Shown here: positions 40,495 through 55,384 of the stretch, one piece after another | Layout of the letters: each line of letters starts with the position of its first letter | Numbering within the stretch: the first letter of the stretch is position 1 | From: the human T2T-CHM13v2.0 reference genome, Homo sapiens | Assembly: GCF_009914755.1 (NCBI RefSeq) | Contig: NC_060926.1 | DNA: 64,000 bases | Direction: 5' to 3' (one strand) | The notes under the pieces: generated by a model | What the model saw: only the letters and a program-made list of their open reading frames with translations | Database searches by the model: none | What the model was told of the DNA's origin: nothing | Position numbers and translations under genes: made by a program

Positions 40495-43369
40495 TCAAAC
40501 CAAATTATCTTTCCATTGCTTATTTCCTATCTGTCCTCTGGATTTCAGTGGCAAAGAGGGCAAGAAGACTGTCTTCAGCACCATTCAGCCTTCAGGCCCT
40601 TATGGTCAGGGCACATGCTAAGATACCAAAAAGCATATGTTGAATATATAAATTAATGAAATTAAGACAGTAAATCTGAATATACTGTATGAATAAATAC
40701 CTGAGGAGGGAAAAGTATCCTATATATTTTCCATTTCTATATCCTACTCTGCTTTGTCAAAAGTGGAGACTTAATAAAATTTGGATAAACTTGATTAACC
40801 TATTCAAAATAATTTGACTATAAGATATATGTAGCATTAGATTATCATGGGAATACAATATAATGGAACTCACAGATAATTTTACTAGATATTATTTTAA
40901 AAGATTAAGAGAAGTTTTCAGCTCACTGAATTTCAGTCTTCAGCAAATAAAGAAAATGTCATTAATTATTAATAAAAGCCTTTTCATTTATTAATCTGTG
41001 AATTGTATGTGCAGAGATGAATCATTTGTTAATAACAAAATGTGAATATAAAAGATAACACACCCAACCATCAAGTTTGCTGAAGAAAGTAAAGTTCTTA
41101 CCTCTTCTGGGAATACATTTCTTTATGAAAAATGAATATGTTGAGGATGGAGAAATTGGACATGGATGAGGAAGTTATGACATTGACACATATTCTCTAT
41201 AAATACTGAGATTTAGTCTGTTCATCATTCAATAAATATTTGTTAAAACTTGAGTTACAGAATCTCGTATCAGTGATCAATAGAACATAATGTGAGAAAC
41301 ATGATAAATTAAATGATTGATTGTTCATATTTTCATGGCTCACACATCTACTGATACTGAAAAAAGTGGTTTATTTATTTAGGATCATTAATTACAAACT
41401 TCAGAACCATTTAGGGATAAAAAAAACTTGCAAGTTAATCTTCTGCTGTCAGTTTTTGAATAAATTACTAAAGAAAACTGGTAAACTGGTTAGCTGTGGA
41501 ATTAAATTTCAAGTTACTCATATCGACTTTAATGTGAGAGTTTACTTATTCATTTAATAAAACAAGCTGTTGTAGAAAATTATTTATCTATTAAATATAA
41601 GCAGGTGTATTATTTTAAAATTCAAAACATCTAAATATGTATGGTTTTTATTGAATTAAATAAAGTAGATATATTTTGCATTATCAAAAGTCATACTTAA
41701 ATATAACTGTAATTGGTTAAGTGCTATGTAAAAATTTGTTAACATAACTAATTCTATCATACTGATTACTTAATAACTAAAAATTTTGCAAATATAGTTT
41801 ACTTTGTTTTGGTGCTAATCTAGATAATATTTTGAAGTAAACATACAGTTCTCTGTAGATGGTACCTCTCCCTGATAGGGTGAAAAGACAGCTGGTAAAT
41901 ATATTAAAATAATTTTCTCTGAAAACAATGATGGTTTCAATAGGTTATTGCTACTCATTGATTATGACTAGAATCTCTTTAAAGAATTACTTTTGATGGC
42001 AACCTCACCTCACCTGACTGTCCCATGTGGGATGTGCAAGTTAGGGGACATTCACCTTCTTTTTAGTCTATTTTCCATAAGTGGGGCTTTGCAAGGATAG
42101 ATTATATTTCCAAGCTCTCCAAAAGCTTTCAGTTAAGTAGAATGTTTAAAATTATTCAGCTGTATATTTAATATGTCCACCATTACACTCAGCACTTCTA
42201 AAAGGATATTGTCTTGCTCACAATTTGTTGGACCATTTTATGTATTTTTGAATGCCTGCTCTGACATTGAGCTGTCATCTATTTCTGTTTGAATTAGCTC
42301 TTGGTTTTAGGTCTTGCCTTTAAGTCTATGGAATCAGTAGCACAGTTTCATACCTATGTCATAGAGCCTACACCATTTTCCCGTAATACCATCACTTTGT
42401 TAAGTAGAGTTTATCATATTGCTCCAACATAGGCAGAGATGCTCTATAAAGACAACTTAACCTTTCTGTTACTTCTTACTGTTGACAATTCCCCCAAAAT
42501 GAACTCATTCCGAGAATCACCATATCACCCCAACCCTCATGAGAAAAAGCCTACTTTCTCTGTGCTCTGTGCACAGTCAAAAGCAATGAAATGCATGTGT
42601 GCTCTGCAGTCAGCCTGTGTCTCAAAGTAAGAGAGAAAGGAGGGTTGGCTACCTGAATTCAGGTCCTCTCTCAAACTCACTAATATGAGAACTTAATCCA
42701 CCTCTATATGGGAATAGTAAAGGGCAAGATTTGGTGTAATCATAAGGCCTTAAACCACATAAGAAAACACTAATTTGAGAAGAAGTATTTTCCTCCAAAT
42801 ATTCCATGTCTTTCCATCTCTTAATTCACTGGGTTTGGCCATTAAGCTTATAGTCAACCAAAGATGTGGTTACTCTGAAGGAAATTGGCATTTATGCTCT
42901 GCTCTGATGAAACCACTTGCCCCATAATAAAATTATCCCCCTTGATTATCTTCCTAAAATACTACTGGAGAATATAGATCTTGCCCCTACAAACCTAAAA
43001 TAGATTAGAACAGTACATTAATCACATCTATAATAGATCCATACTGTATCCAAGGCTGGAAGTGTTCCTATTTCCCATTCCAAAATATTTTAAGCAACTT
43101 TGTCCAAAGCAGTCTGTCAGAGATTCTGTAATGAAATCAAATGACAACATCAAGATTTATGCAAATGCCAATAAAGATATCACCCAATTTAAATACAAAT
43201 CGTTTTATCAGATTTTCCAAAATAAAATTGTGTCAAAGCCTGAGAAAATTAACAAAAATATTTTATTTTCAAGTCAATCTTAGAAAATGTTAACTCTGTT
43301 ATCATTTCTTATATTATTATATTTATTCCTGAAAATATGAAGTTAGACATTTTGGTGTTCCTTTAAAGG

Positions 43370-43512
43370 GAGAAAAGACAAAGGAGAGGGAAGAAATGGA
43401 AAAGGAGGGAATGAGGAAGGCAGAAGAAAAAAGAGGAGGAGGAGAAGGAAAAGGAAACAGGAGGAGGAGGAATAGGGAGAAGAAGAGAAGAATAAGAGAA
43501 AGAAAAGGAAGA
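43370..43512. repeat. GA-rich low-complexity tract
   Basis: Near-pure purine run. Confidence 0.85.
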
Positions 43513-44799
43513 TGGGCATGCCCATCTCATTCTCCAGAACGGTTGATGTAATCACACTAACTGAGGACACAGCATCAACATTTACTTTTTTCAGTTGCCC
43601 ATACTCTGGCCCTAGCAAAGTTCCAGAATGGAAATAATGGGCTACCCTATCTTCGGTCCTGCAATTCCTCAGAGCATTCAAGTGCCTGATTTTCTATTAT
43701 CAAGTTTTCTTTCTCCAGTCTGTGTCCACAACATTTCTACTGATGCTGCATTCTCCTGACAGTGGGGTGTTTATATCGATGACAGGCAATTCTACAGGCA
43801 AAATACATTGATTCATAATTTGGACAACTTCAGTTATTTGCTCTCCAAATAGTGCTTGACCTCATTCAGTCATATTTGGGTGTCTTCAATTTCCTGATAT
43901 CCCTAAACATCTATCAACCTAATTCTGCCTGTTCTTCCAACTTGGATGTTGCCCTCCCACTATTCCTTAAGGCTCCTCTTGATTTATAAACGTGTCATTG
44001 TTTAGATGGTTGAGAAAGCAGCTATGTTTAATTTTCTCTGTTGAATGTTCTTTTATGTTTTTCTTTATAATATACATCTCAGACTCTACTGGGGTCCTCT
44101 ATAGCAAGAAATGTGTTGCTTTCATTTCTGTTTCTGTCAAAATATTTCTGCCTTGTTATCCCGAGCAGTGTAATTCCATCTAAGAGTTATTCCTCTCTCA
44201 ATCCAAAATGTAGCTCCAGCCCAGGTTCAACTTGTTGAAATCTGATAGTCTCCCCCTAGTTCATATCATTTATCTTTTATCTTGCCTCATACTTGTAATT
44301 TCATAAAATTACCATAGCATATTGCCTGATAAAACACTTCATACCTGTGTCTCTATTCACAATGATCAATTTACTTTGAAACTCACTCAACAATAATTTG
44401 AGGATTTTACACTGTTACTCCTGGTCTTTTCCTATTGCATTTGTTAAAATAGTATAGAATCTGTTGTTATAATTATCACAATATTCAAGAAGGCAGTTTT
44501 CCACTAGCACTTAACGTGTACTTTATCTGTTGCTTTGAAATGGCATTTTAAAGTAATTTTCTGATTCTTAGATCTATCTGTGGAAATCATTTCAGCTTGA
44601 TCACTGTCATCTTTATTGTATTATTCTGTGAGGTTTTCTTAAGCCCCAATCACTTTTGCTGACCCTGTTATCAAGAAAAAAATTTTCCCCTTGTTCAGAA
44701 AAAACCTTAAAAGTAGTTAAGTTTTGGTATATAGTGTCCTCAGTATATTTTTATATCCTTTTCATTTGAATTATGGCCTTTAAAACCTTGTCTTTGAAA

Positions 44800-45018
44800 T
44801 ATATATGTTTATATAATTTCTATAAGTATATGTTTATATATGTATTATACATTTATATATGCATATATTTATGTAAATATATATATTTATATATAAAGAG
44901 AATATACATTATAGGGAATATATGTATTATATATGTGTATTATATACATTTATATGTATATACACTTATATGCATATATACATTTATATATTAGAGAAAA
45001 TATATAAATATATATATT
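44800..45018. repeat. Degenerate (TA)n tract
   Basis: Interrupted tatata. Confidence 0.85.
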
Positions 45019-47079
45019 CTTTTAACTTATTTTCCTAAATTGTCCTCATTTTCAAAGATAGACGTTTCTTAAAACACCATCTCATATTCATCGGAAACCT
45101 TCTTCAATTTCTCTGCTACTTTCCTATGCCCTAAGACTGTCCCTGTGCCAGGCTAATAGTCCCAAGATTAACTCACCCAGGTGTAAACTTTCTTGAAGAA
45201 TAACATTTAAAGAGGTGGTTAAAATGTTTATGATCAGCTCTCTTCTACCTTTATCCAAGTGAAGGTTATATATCCAAACCTCATAGGAGGCTCCATTTTT
45301 ATTTTATTCAATTACAAAATGTATTGAATTACTGTGACTAGGGCTGCTATTTGGATCTTCAATATTCACAAGCATAATCAACTGATAAGGAATACAACCT
45401 AAGGGGTATGTTAATATAAAAATAAAAAATCAAAACATGTAATTTCCTAATTGATCTTACCTCGCCCTGGTGAAGGATGGTAAGTAAAATCTCAGAGATT
45501 TGTAAAAAAACTCTTAGTGACCTACATACCTGGCTGAAAATTAAAAGTTTCGTAAGTACACAGAAATTACTCTAAACAAATATTAAAGAAAGCCATGAAG
45601 ATAAGACACCATGTGCCCTGGATTCTTCAGTATTTGTCCACTTGCAACATTATGCTTCACAATTCTTCTCAAGGTTTACTACCCATATGTAAGGACATGA
45701 GGACACACTACTGAAACTGCCAGCCTTATCAGTGGAGGGAGAGGGGTCTATCCCAATCAACCTTATGACATAGAGTAGAGTATCTGCCAACTTCCAGGAG
45801 AAAGGAAAGAGAAAGGAGGTGGATCTTACATGCTTGTTATTGTCTTTCAAAACTCACTAATAAGGTAAGCTCTCCTTCCCCTCCTGGGAGGAGGTAACAG
45901 AGGGGCAAGTGAATGGCCAGGAGTGTTATGCTAGTGAGGATTCTGCTATACAGATGGAAATAACAGGATGGGCACAGGAACAGTGGGTAGGGAACTGCTC
46001 TGCTTTTAAAACTTGTAAACACACTAAGTTATGTTCTTCAAGAAAAGGCTTTTGGCCAATGGAAGGAATTTACACATTAAGCTCCATTGTGTCTTCAAAC
46101 TCCTTGTATCAAAGAAAATGCATTTGGGCCTACTACTAACAAAAATATAAGAGAAGGAAATTCAATTATAATGAGAGGACCTGTGGCCATTGGATCCTGC
46201 TGTCTTGTTAGTGTGACCCAGAGCAAGGTCTTCTTATCTGTGTAGATTCTGTTCTGAATGTTTATGATCCATTAAGAGATAAACTTTCATGTTACCTGCT
46301 GGAGCCACCTATAGATCTCTGCTGCTCCGGAGGCTGTCCATAGTGGTGAATATAGATACAAACTTTCTTTAATCCACTCTATACTGCTCATTGTTGGGTA
46401 ATATCTGTATTGGTAGGCAAGCAAGCAAAAAAGCAACTACACCGAATATATGGACATTGTTGATTTTTTATTTTGTTTCTGGGTAGGAAGTATGGTATGA
46501 GATTTATATAAACTGAACTTAATAGCAACTTCTTTTATTTTGACTAGCTGGTATGCTATGTCACTTCTGAGATTCCAGCAGCTCCTATTGAGTTTCAGAA
46601 ATAAAAGGTAGGGGCCAAAAGAAAGATAATTACAGAGAGATTCTCTCTCTTATGGTTAAGAACTAGAATAGCAGCTCATCACACTGTAGGGATAGGGTAG
46701 CCTTAATTGTAAATGTAAATAAAGTCCACTATATTATGGAAGAGAAAGTTGGCATTTTTTTCATATGATAAATTATTTGTGGAAGAAATGCATTGCCATG
46801 GTCTGTGTGGTTATTATCACAGGATAGGAAGCTTAGTGTCAGTGCCTTGAGAGTCATCATCAGCCGGTTTTGGTGTCTGAGGTTTTCCAGAATGTGTGCC
46901 TTAGACATAAATACCAGATGTGGGGCTTGTCACTTCAGCATCCACACCCAAGAACTGATCTCTAGACCACATTTAGAAAGGTAAAATTTGTGGTCTTGGA
47001 GAAGATAACTTTGAGATGTTATCTTCTCAGATACGTTCATGTGGTTTTTTATAACTTTTTAAAATTTTTATATATTTAG

Positions 47080-47608
<529 letters not shown>

Positions 47609-50600
47609 TAGCAAAGAGTATAGCCAATAGATATTTTTTTCAACTCCCTTTCAAGTCCTTTCCCACCTCCCAGCTTTTGGAGTCTCCAGTGTCTATTAGT
47701 CCACTCTATATATCCATGTGTACCCAGTGCTTAGTTCCTATTTATAAGCAAGAACATGACATATTTGACTTTGAAATATTCCACTTAGGAGAATGGTGTC
47801 CAGTTTCATCCATGTGGATGCAAAGACATTATTTCATTCTTTTTATGGCTGAGTAGTATTCCATAATACATATGGGACACATTTTCTTTATCCAGTCTTT
47901 TATTGATGGACACTTATGTTGCTTCCATATCTTTGGTATTGTAAATAGTGGTGTGATAACCATACTAGCACAGGCATATTTTTGATCTAATGTTTGTTTC
48001 CTTTTGAGTATATATATCCAGTAGTGGGACTGAGGGATTGAATGGTTCCATTTTTAGTTCTTTGAGAAATCTTCAAACTGTTTTCCACAAAGGTTGTACT
48101 AATTCACATTCCCATTAACAGTGGATAAGAACTCCCTTTTCTTTGCATCTTTGCCAACGTCTGTTGTTTTCTTCTTAATAATAGCTATTTTGACTGGTAT
48201 AAGATGGTATCTCATTTTGGTTTTAATTTTCACTTCTCTGATGATTAGTGATATTGAGCATTTTTTCATATGTTTGTGGGCTGCTAGTACGTCCTCTTTT
48301 GAAAAATGCCCGTTCATGTTCTTTGCCCATTTTGTAATGGGATTATTAGTTTTTTTTCTTGCTGAGCTGTTTGGGTTCCTTGTAAATTCTGGGTATTATC
48401 CCTTTGTGGAATGCATTGTTTGCAAATATTTTTCCATTCTGTGAGTTGTCTGTTTACTTTGTTGATTGTTACTTCTTTTGTGGATAATATTTTAATTAAT
48501 TCCCATTTGCCTTTTTTTATTTTTATTGCATTAGGTTTTGAGGACTGTCATAAATTGTGTGCCTAGGCCAATGTCCAAAAGATTTTTTCCTGGGTTTTCT
48601 TCTAGAATTTATGTACTTTCAGGTTTTATGTTTAGGTCTTTAATACATCCTGAACTAATTTTTTTAATATGGTGAGATATATGGGCTCAGACTTATATCA
48701 GTTGGTTTTAGGTATGTGGCTTTTATTCTGGGTTTATTCTGTTTCATTGATCTATGTATCTATTTTCATAATAGTACCATGCTGTTTTAGTTACTATAGC
48801 CTTGTAATATAATTTGAAGTCAGATAATGTGATGCCTCCAGCTTTGATCTTTGTACTTATGATTGATTTGGATATTTGGGCTCTTTTTTGATTCCATATA
48901 AATTCTATGATTCTTAAAATAATTCTGTGAAAAATAACAATGGTAATTTGACCAGGATTGTGTTGAATCTGTGGATTGCTTTGCAAAGTATGGTCTTTTT
49001 AACCATACTTGTACATTATGGTACATGACCATGGGATGTTCTCCAATTTGTTTGTATCATCTATGATTTATTGTATCATTGCGTTGTAGTTCCCTTTATA
49101 AAGATCTTGACCTCCTTGGTTAAATATATTCCTAGGTACTTTACTTTGTAGCTACTCTAAATGGCATTACTGTCTTGATTTGGTCCTTAAGTAGATCATT
49201 ACTGGTATATAGAGGTGTTACTGATTTCTGTATGTTAATATTTGATCCTGAAACTTTACTGAATTCATTCATCAAATCTAAGAGTTTTTTGGTGGAGTCT
49301 TTAAAAGGTTTATAGATATAAGATCATATCCTCAGTGAACAGGGATACTTTAATTCCTCTTTTCCAATTTGGATGCCTTTTATTTTCTTTCTCTTGACTG
49401 ATTGCTGGGTGAAGTTTTCTGGTACTATGTAGAATAAGAACGGTAAAAGTGGGCATGCTTGTCTTGTCCCAGTTCTTAGTGGAATTGATTTCAGCTTTTC
49501 CTCATTAAGTATGATGTTGGCTGTGGGTTTGTGGTATATTGTCTTTATTATGTTGAAGTATGTTTCTTCTATGCCTAGTTTCTTAAGGGTACAATTTTTA
49601 TCAAATGCTTTTTCTATGTCTATTGAGATAATCATATGGTTTTTGTCCTTAATTCTATTTATGTGATGTATCACATTTATTAATTCAAATATGTCTTGCA
49701 TCCCTGGAATAAATTCCAGCTCATCACAGTGTATTATCTTCTTTATGTGCTGTTGGATTTGATTTGTTAGTATTTTATTGAGGATTTCTGCATCTATGTT
49801 CATCAGGAATACTGGTCTGTAGTTTTCATTTTTGTTGTATCTTTATCTGGTTTTGGTATCAAGTTGTACTGGTCTTACAAAATAGGGTAGGAATAATTTC
49901 CTCCCCTTGAATTTTGGAATAGTTTCAGGAGGATTAGTAACAGCTCTTCTTTGTATGTATGGCAGAATTTGGTCCTGGACTGTTTTATTAGGAGATTGTT
50001 TTTTAATTACTGATTCATTATTGAATTAGTAATACTGCTCTTTATTGGTCTGTTCAGGACTTTTATGTATTTCTGGTCCTATCGCATGAGGTTGTATGTT
50101 TCCAGAAATTTCTTCATTTCCTCTAGGTTTTCTAGTTTGTGAGCATATGGTTGTAATAGGCTCTGATGATGTTTTATATTTCTGTAGAATCAGTTGTAAT
50201 GTCACCTTTTTCATTTCTGATTATGTTTTTTTTTAATAATCTCTCTTCTTGTTTACTCTAGCTAATGGTTTAACAATATCATTCATCTTTTGAAAAACCA
50301 ACTTTTTGTTTCATTGATCCTTATTGTTTTTTGTTTGTATTTTATTTAGCTCTGCTCTAATCTTTGTTACCTCTTTTCTTTTGCTAACTCTAGATTTGGT
50401 TTGTTCTTGTTTTCCTAGTTCCTTGAGACGTGATGTTAGGTTGTTAATTTGTGATATTTCTACTTTTTTAATATAAGCATTTATTGCTAAACCCTTTCCT
50501 CTCAGCACTGCTTTTGTTATATCCCACAGGTTTTGGTATGTTGTGTTTTCATTTTTGTTAGTTGCAATTAAAAAACATTCATCTTGTTGATTCAGTGATC

Positions 50601-52530
50601 ATGAAAGAGCACCCTGTTTAATTCTATATATTTGTATATTTTCTAAAATTCCTCTTGGTATTAATTTCTAGCTTTATTCCATTGTGATCTGAGAAGATAC
50701 TTGATATGATTTTGATTTTTAAAAATTTGTTGAGACTTGTTTTGGGGCCTAGCGTGTGATCTATTTTGGAGAATGTTCCATATGCCAATGAAAATAAGTT
50801 ATATGGTGGTGTTGTGTAGTGGAATGTTCATTAATGTTGGTTAAATCCATTTGGTCTAAAGTCCAATTTAACTACAATGTTTCTTTGTCAATTTTCTATC
50901 CTGATGATCTGGCTAGTGCTGTGAGTGGGGTATTGAACTCTCCCACTATTATTATCTCTTTCTTTAGATCAAGTTTGTGTGTGAATTTTGGTACTCTGAT
51001 GTTGGGTGCATTTATATTTAGGATTGTTACATCTTCTTGCTGCACTGAACCCTTTATCATTATAGATATCATTATCTTTGTCTTTTATTACCTTTTTTGA
51101 TTTAAGTCTATTTTATCTAAGTATGGCTACTGCTGACTTTTCGTTTCCATTTGTATGAAATATCTTTTTCCACTCCTTTATTTCCAGTTTGTGTGTGTCT
51201 TTATGGGAAATGTGAGTTTCTTGTAGGCAGCATATAGTTGGTTTATGTTTTTATTTAAATTCATTCTGCCAAACTGTATCATTTAAGTAGAGCATTTTAT
51301 TCATTTACATTCAATATTAATATTGATATGTGAGGCTTTGTTCCCATAATATTAATTGTTTTCACATTGTTTTATTCATTTTGTTTCTTTTATTTCCCTG
51401 TCTTTTGTCCTTGTGGTTTGATGAAATTCTGTCATGTTGCCATTTGATTTTTCTTTCTCCTTTGTGTGATTGTTTTACAAGAACTATGAAACTTATATTT
51501 CCATGTGTTTTCATGATAATGAATATTGACCTTTCATTTCCATGTTTAAGGGCCCTTTGAGCATTTCCTGTGGAATTGGTCTTGTGGTGAAAAATTCTCT
51601 CAGTGTTTGCTTGTTTGAAAAAAACTTTATTTCTTCATTTGTGAAGCTTATTCTGACAAGACATAAAATTCTTGAGTAACAGGTTTGTTTTTTCTTTTAC
51701 TTTTAGCACTTTCAAAATGCAGTCTCATTCTCTTCTGGCCTATAAAGTTTCTGCTGAAAAGTTTGTTGCTGGTCTGATGTAGTTTCCTTTATGGGTAGGT
51801 AGATGCTTTTCTCTTACTAATTTTAGAATTATTTTGTTCACTTCTACTTTACACATTCTGAATGTAATGTGCTCTGGTGAAATCCTTTTTGCAATCTATT
51901 TGCCTAAGATTGCTGGACTTCCTGTATCTACATGTCTATCTTTCTAGATGAGGGAAGTTTTCATCAAAAGTTTTCTTAAATAGGTTTTCTCAACTTTTTG
52001 ATCTCTCCTTTTGTCTTGGAAATACCAATAATTCCTATGTTTGGTAACTTTATGTAGTGTCAGAAATCTCAAAGAATTTGTTTTTTTGTTATTATTTTTT
52101 CCCTATTTTTGTCTGTATTATTTTAAAAGACCTCTCTTCAAATTCTGAGATTCTTTTTTCTACTTGGTCTAGTCTATTACTGAAGCTTTTGAATGTATTT
52201 TATATTTTCTAAAATGAGTTTTTAGATAAAGAATTTCTGTATGTTTTCCTTATATGAAGATACCTATCTCCTCGGTAAATTTCTTATTCATATGCTGAAC
52301 TGATTTTCTGATTTCTTTGTATTGGTTATTATATTTCTTTTACATCAAATTGAGCTTTTTCAAATCAGTATTTTGAATTATTTGACATTTTAAGGAACTC
52401 TTTTTGATTAGAATCTGTTGCTGGACGATTGTTGTGGTCCTTTGGTTGTGTCACATCTCCCTGCTTTTTCATATTTCCTGTGTCTTTCCATTGATATATG
52501 TGCATCTGGTGTAGCATTCACATGTTCCAA

Positions 52531-52827
52531 TTTTTTTTTTTTTTTTGAGACAGAGTCTCTCTCTTTCACCCAGGCTAGAGTGCAGTGGCCCCATTTCAGC
52601 TCACTGCAAGCTCCGCCTCCTGGCTTCATGCCATTCTCCTGCCTCAGCCTCCTGAGTAGCTGGGACCACAGGCACCCACCACCACGCCCGGCTAAATTTT
52701 TGTATTTTTAGTAGAGAAGGGGTTTCACAGTGTTAATCAAGATGCTTTCAATCTCCTGACCTCATGATCTGACCACTTAAGCCTCCCGAAGTGCTGGGAT
52801 TACAGGCGTGAGCCACCTCGCCTGGCC
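52531..52827 (-). mobile_element. AluY
   Basis: gcaagctccgcctcc...ttcatgccattctcc; TSD tgttccaattttt. Confidence 0.92.
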
Positions 52828-54917
52828 TGTTCCAATTTTTTGAACTTGTTTTTGTAGGGGAGAATTTTTTTCCTGAGGATGTATATGTCTTATTGATTCA
52901 GAAAGATAATCTGGCTTTGATTTTGGGTGCCCATGGTAGTGTGATCTTTATATGACTTCTTTGGCAGCACACAGGGTCAATGGTATGTATGATTTCCTTG
53001 GTGGCATAGGGCACAGTTATTACTTTAAGTTGTGGTTAAGTTTTGTTGGGGACTGGGACACCACTTGAGCCAGTCTTTGGGCCCTAGTGGTGACAGCAGT
53101 GGGGTAAATGTACCTGGTGTCTGTCTGGAGAAACTTAGACTGGTTTCCGTGTTAGTGGTTCCTGGAGGGCTGATTCTGGTGCTTCCGGGTGGCTTTCTTA
53201 GAAGCTAGTAGTGGGACCAGTGGGAGCAGTGGGCCACACTGCTTTTACGGGAGAGTTTTCAGGCCTCTGGTCAGCTGGTGTGGTGCAGGTGATGGCAGTA
53301 GCAGTAGTGGAGCAACCCACGGGGACCCAAGCAGTACATGGTAGTGTTCCTGATAGCTGTGATGACTGGGGGCAGGCTAATCCCCATTCCCACAACCACC
53401 TGTAGCAGGGAAGTAGGTATTGTCCTAAGTGTGCTTAGGAGAGCTTGGTCTCTGCTGTCCTTCCTCCAGCTGTGTGGTTGTGCAGCCATGTCATGTCACC
53501 TCAAATTCAGCCCAAGTGCGGAGGCACAGCCAAGCATTAAATACTCAAAATGGTGCCAGATGTGAGCTTGTGACCACAGAGGGTGATCCATCCCTCAGGC
53601 CATCAGCATGGCCAAGAAGCTATAGGGAGTGTGGTCTGCCCAAGTCTCGGCCTCACAGCAGCTTGTAGCATGGTGTTGGGTAATTGTTCTAGGTATGTAT
53701 AGGAGAGCCTGGTTTTATTGTTCTTCCTCAGCCAGGTGGACATGAACTCAGCCTGAGGACAGGGTGCAACCCAGCCCTACTCTCTCAAAATGGCTCCTTG
53801 GATCAGAAAGTGGGGAGAGTGGAACCCCTCCCAGACAAGCAGTGTGGGGAGAAAGCTGTGGGGTGTGTGGTCACCCCACATCTCAGTCTCACAGAAGCCC
53901 ATTGTAGGGCTGTGAGTATTGTCCTAGATGTGTAAGAGAGTCTGGTTATCTGTTCGTCTTTGGCCAGAAGGCAGCTGCAACCAAGTCAGGCTGAACTCAG
54001 CCTTAGGGTAAGGCACAGCCTAGCATTAAACTCTCAAAATGGTGCCTTGGGCCTGGGACTGTTGAGGGCTGGGTCCGTTCCAGGTAAGCAGTGTGGAGAA
54101 GAAGCTGTGTAGAGTGTGGTCCGCTCACATCTCAGTCTCAACAGCAGCTTACAGCAGGGTGGTAGGGACCCTGCCAGTGGGGCGTGGTTTTTTTCAGTCT
54201 CCTCTCTCCCTCTTGTGAGCAGTGTAGCAGCAGCAGCCGTGTCTGTAGATCTCTGGTACCTAGGCTCTCAAAATGGTGCCTGGCTGAGGCTGCTCCAGAC
54301 TTGAATACCTACTGGATTTTGTGTGAGTTCCCTTTCTGGAGCAACGTCTCTGTGCAATATTTAGGCAACTCTATGTGTCAGGCCCAAGGCTCTAGTGGGT
54401 CCATGGTTTCTCCTATAGCCAAGATCATAAATTCCAAGCCCTAGGGGTTTGTCTCTTACTGTTTCCCTCTGTCCAGAAGCCTCTCCTGGCTCTCAGTAAG
54501 TTCCCTGTGGGGATTGCTGCCTTGAACCTTTTTCTTACTTCTGGTGTTTCTGTCTCTTCTCTGATGAATCCTAGCATTATCTCCTAGACAATCTATTCAA
54601 AATTTGAGTATCTACTTACTTTCCTGGACCCTCTCTGTAGATGAGGCACATACTACCTATGGCTAGTTAGTCATCCTAATTCAAAGAGACTAATATATAT
54701 ATTTGGAGTGAGATAAGATTTGGAAAATCTCATCATCAGCCTTGAAGCCACCTTTGAGTGTCAGAGAATGGTCATTTCCCAGCACGTGATTTCCTAGCAC
54801 AGACTTACAACTCATGAGTGAAGAGAAAGAAGGGGTAATAACCAATATGAGATTCTTTATATAGAAGTGGAGAAATTAGGAGCAATAAAAATCCTGGATG
54901 TTCTTTGTCAAGCATTA

Positions 54918-55384
54918 CAGTAGTTCCCCTTTATTCTTTGGGGATATGTTCCAAGACACCCAGTGAATGCATAAAACCATGGATAGTACTGAACCCTATA
55001 TATACTAAGATTTGCCCTCTAATACATACCTATGATAAGGTTTAATTTATTATTAGAGATGGAACTCTTGGGCTTTGGGGCAATTATTAAGTAAAACAAG
55101 GGTTACTTGAACACAAGCACTGCAGTACCATGACACTTGATCTGATCACCACGATGGCTACTGACTAACAGGCAAGACACATAGACAGCTTGGAGATGCT
55201 GGATGAAGGAGGATTCGCATCCTGGGAAGGATGGAGCAGCACTGTGTGAGATTTCAACACACTACTCAGCACAGCGTGTGGTTCAAAACTATTTGATTGT
55301 TTATTTCTGGAATTTTCCATTTAATGTATTCAGTCTGCAGTTGACCTCAGCAGAAAACAAAACCACAGATAAGGGGGACTACTG
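54918..55384. mobile_element. MER44-type (Tigger) MITE
   Basis: TIRs cagtagttcccctttat and ataagggggactactg with TA on both sides. Confidence 0.85.

Noticed and set aside
45455-45490. Splice-donor-like motifs (atg|gtaagt here, also 56543 and cttacc at ~41098)
   Set aside because: No linked acceptor or ORF with recognisable homology; expected by chance in 64 kb.
48099-50508. ORF2-like minus-strand ORFs
   Set aside because: Fragments of a decayed L1PB with many stops and frameshifts, not a functional CDS.
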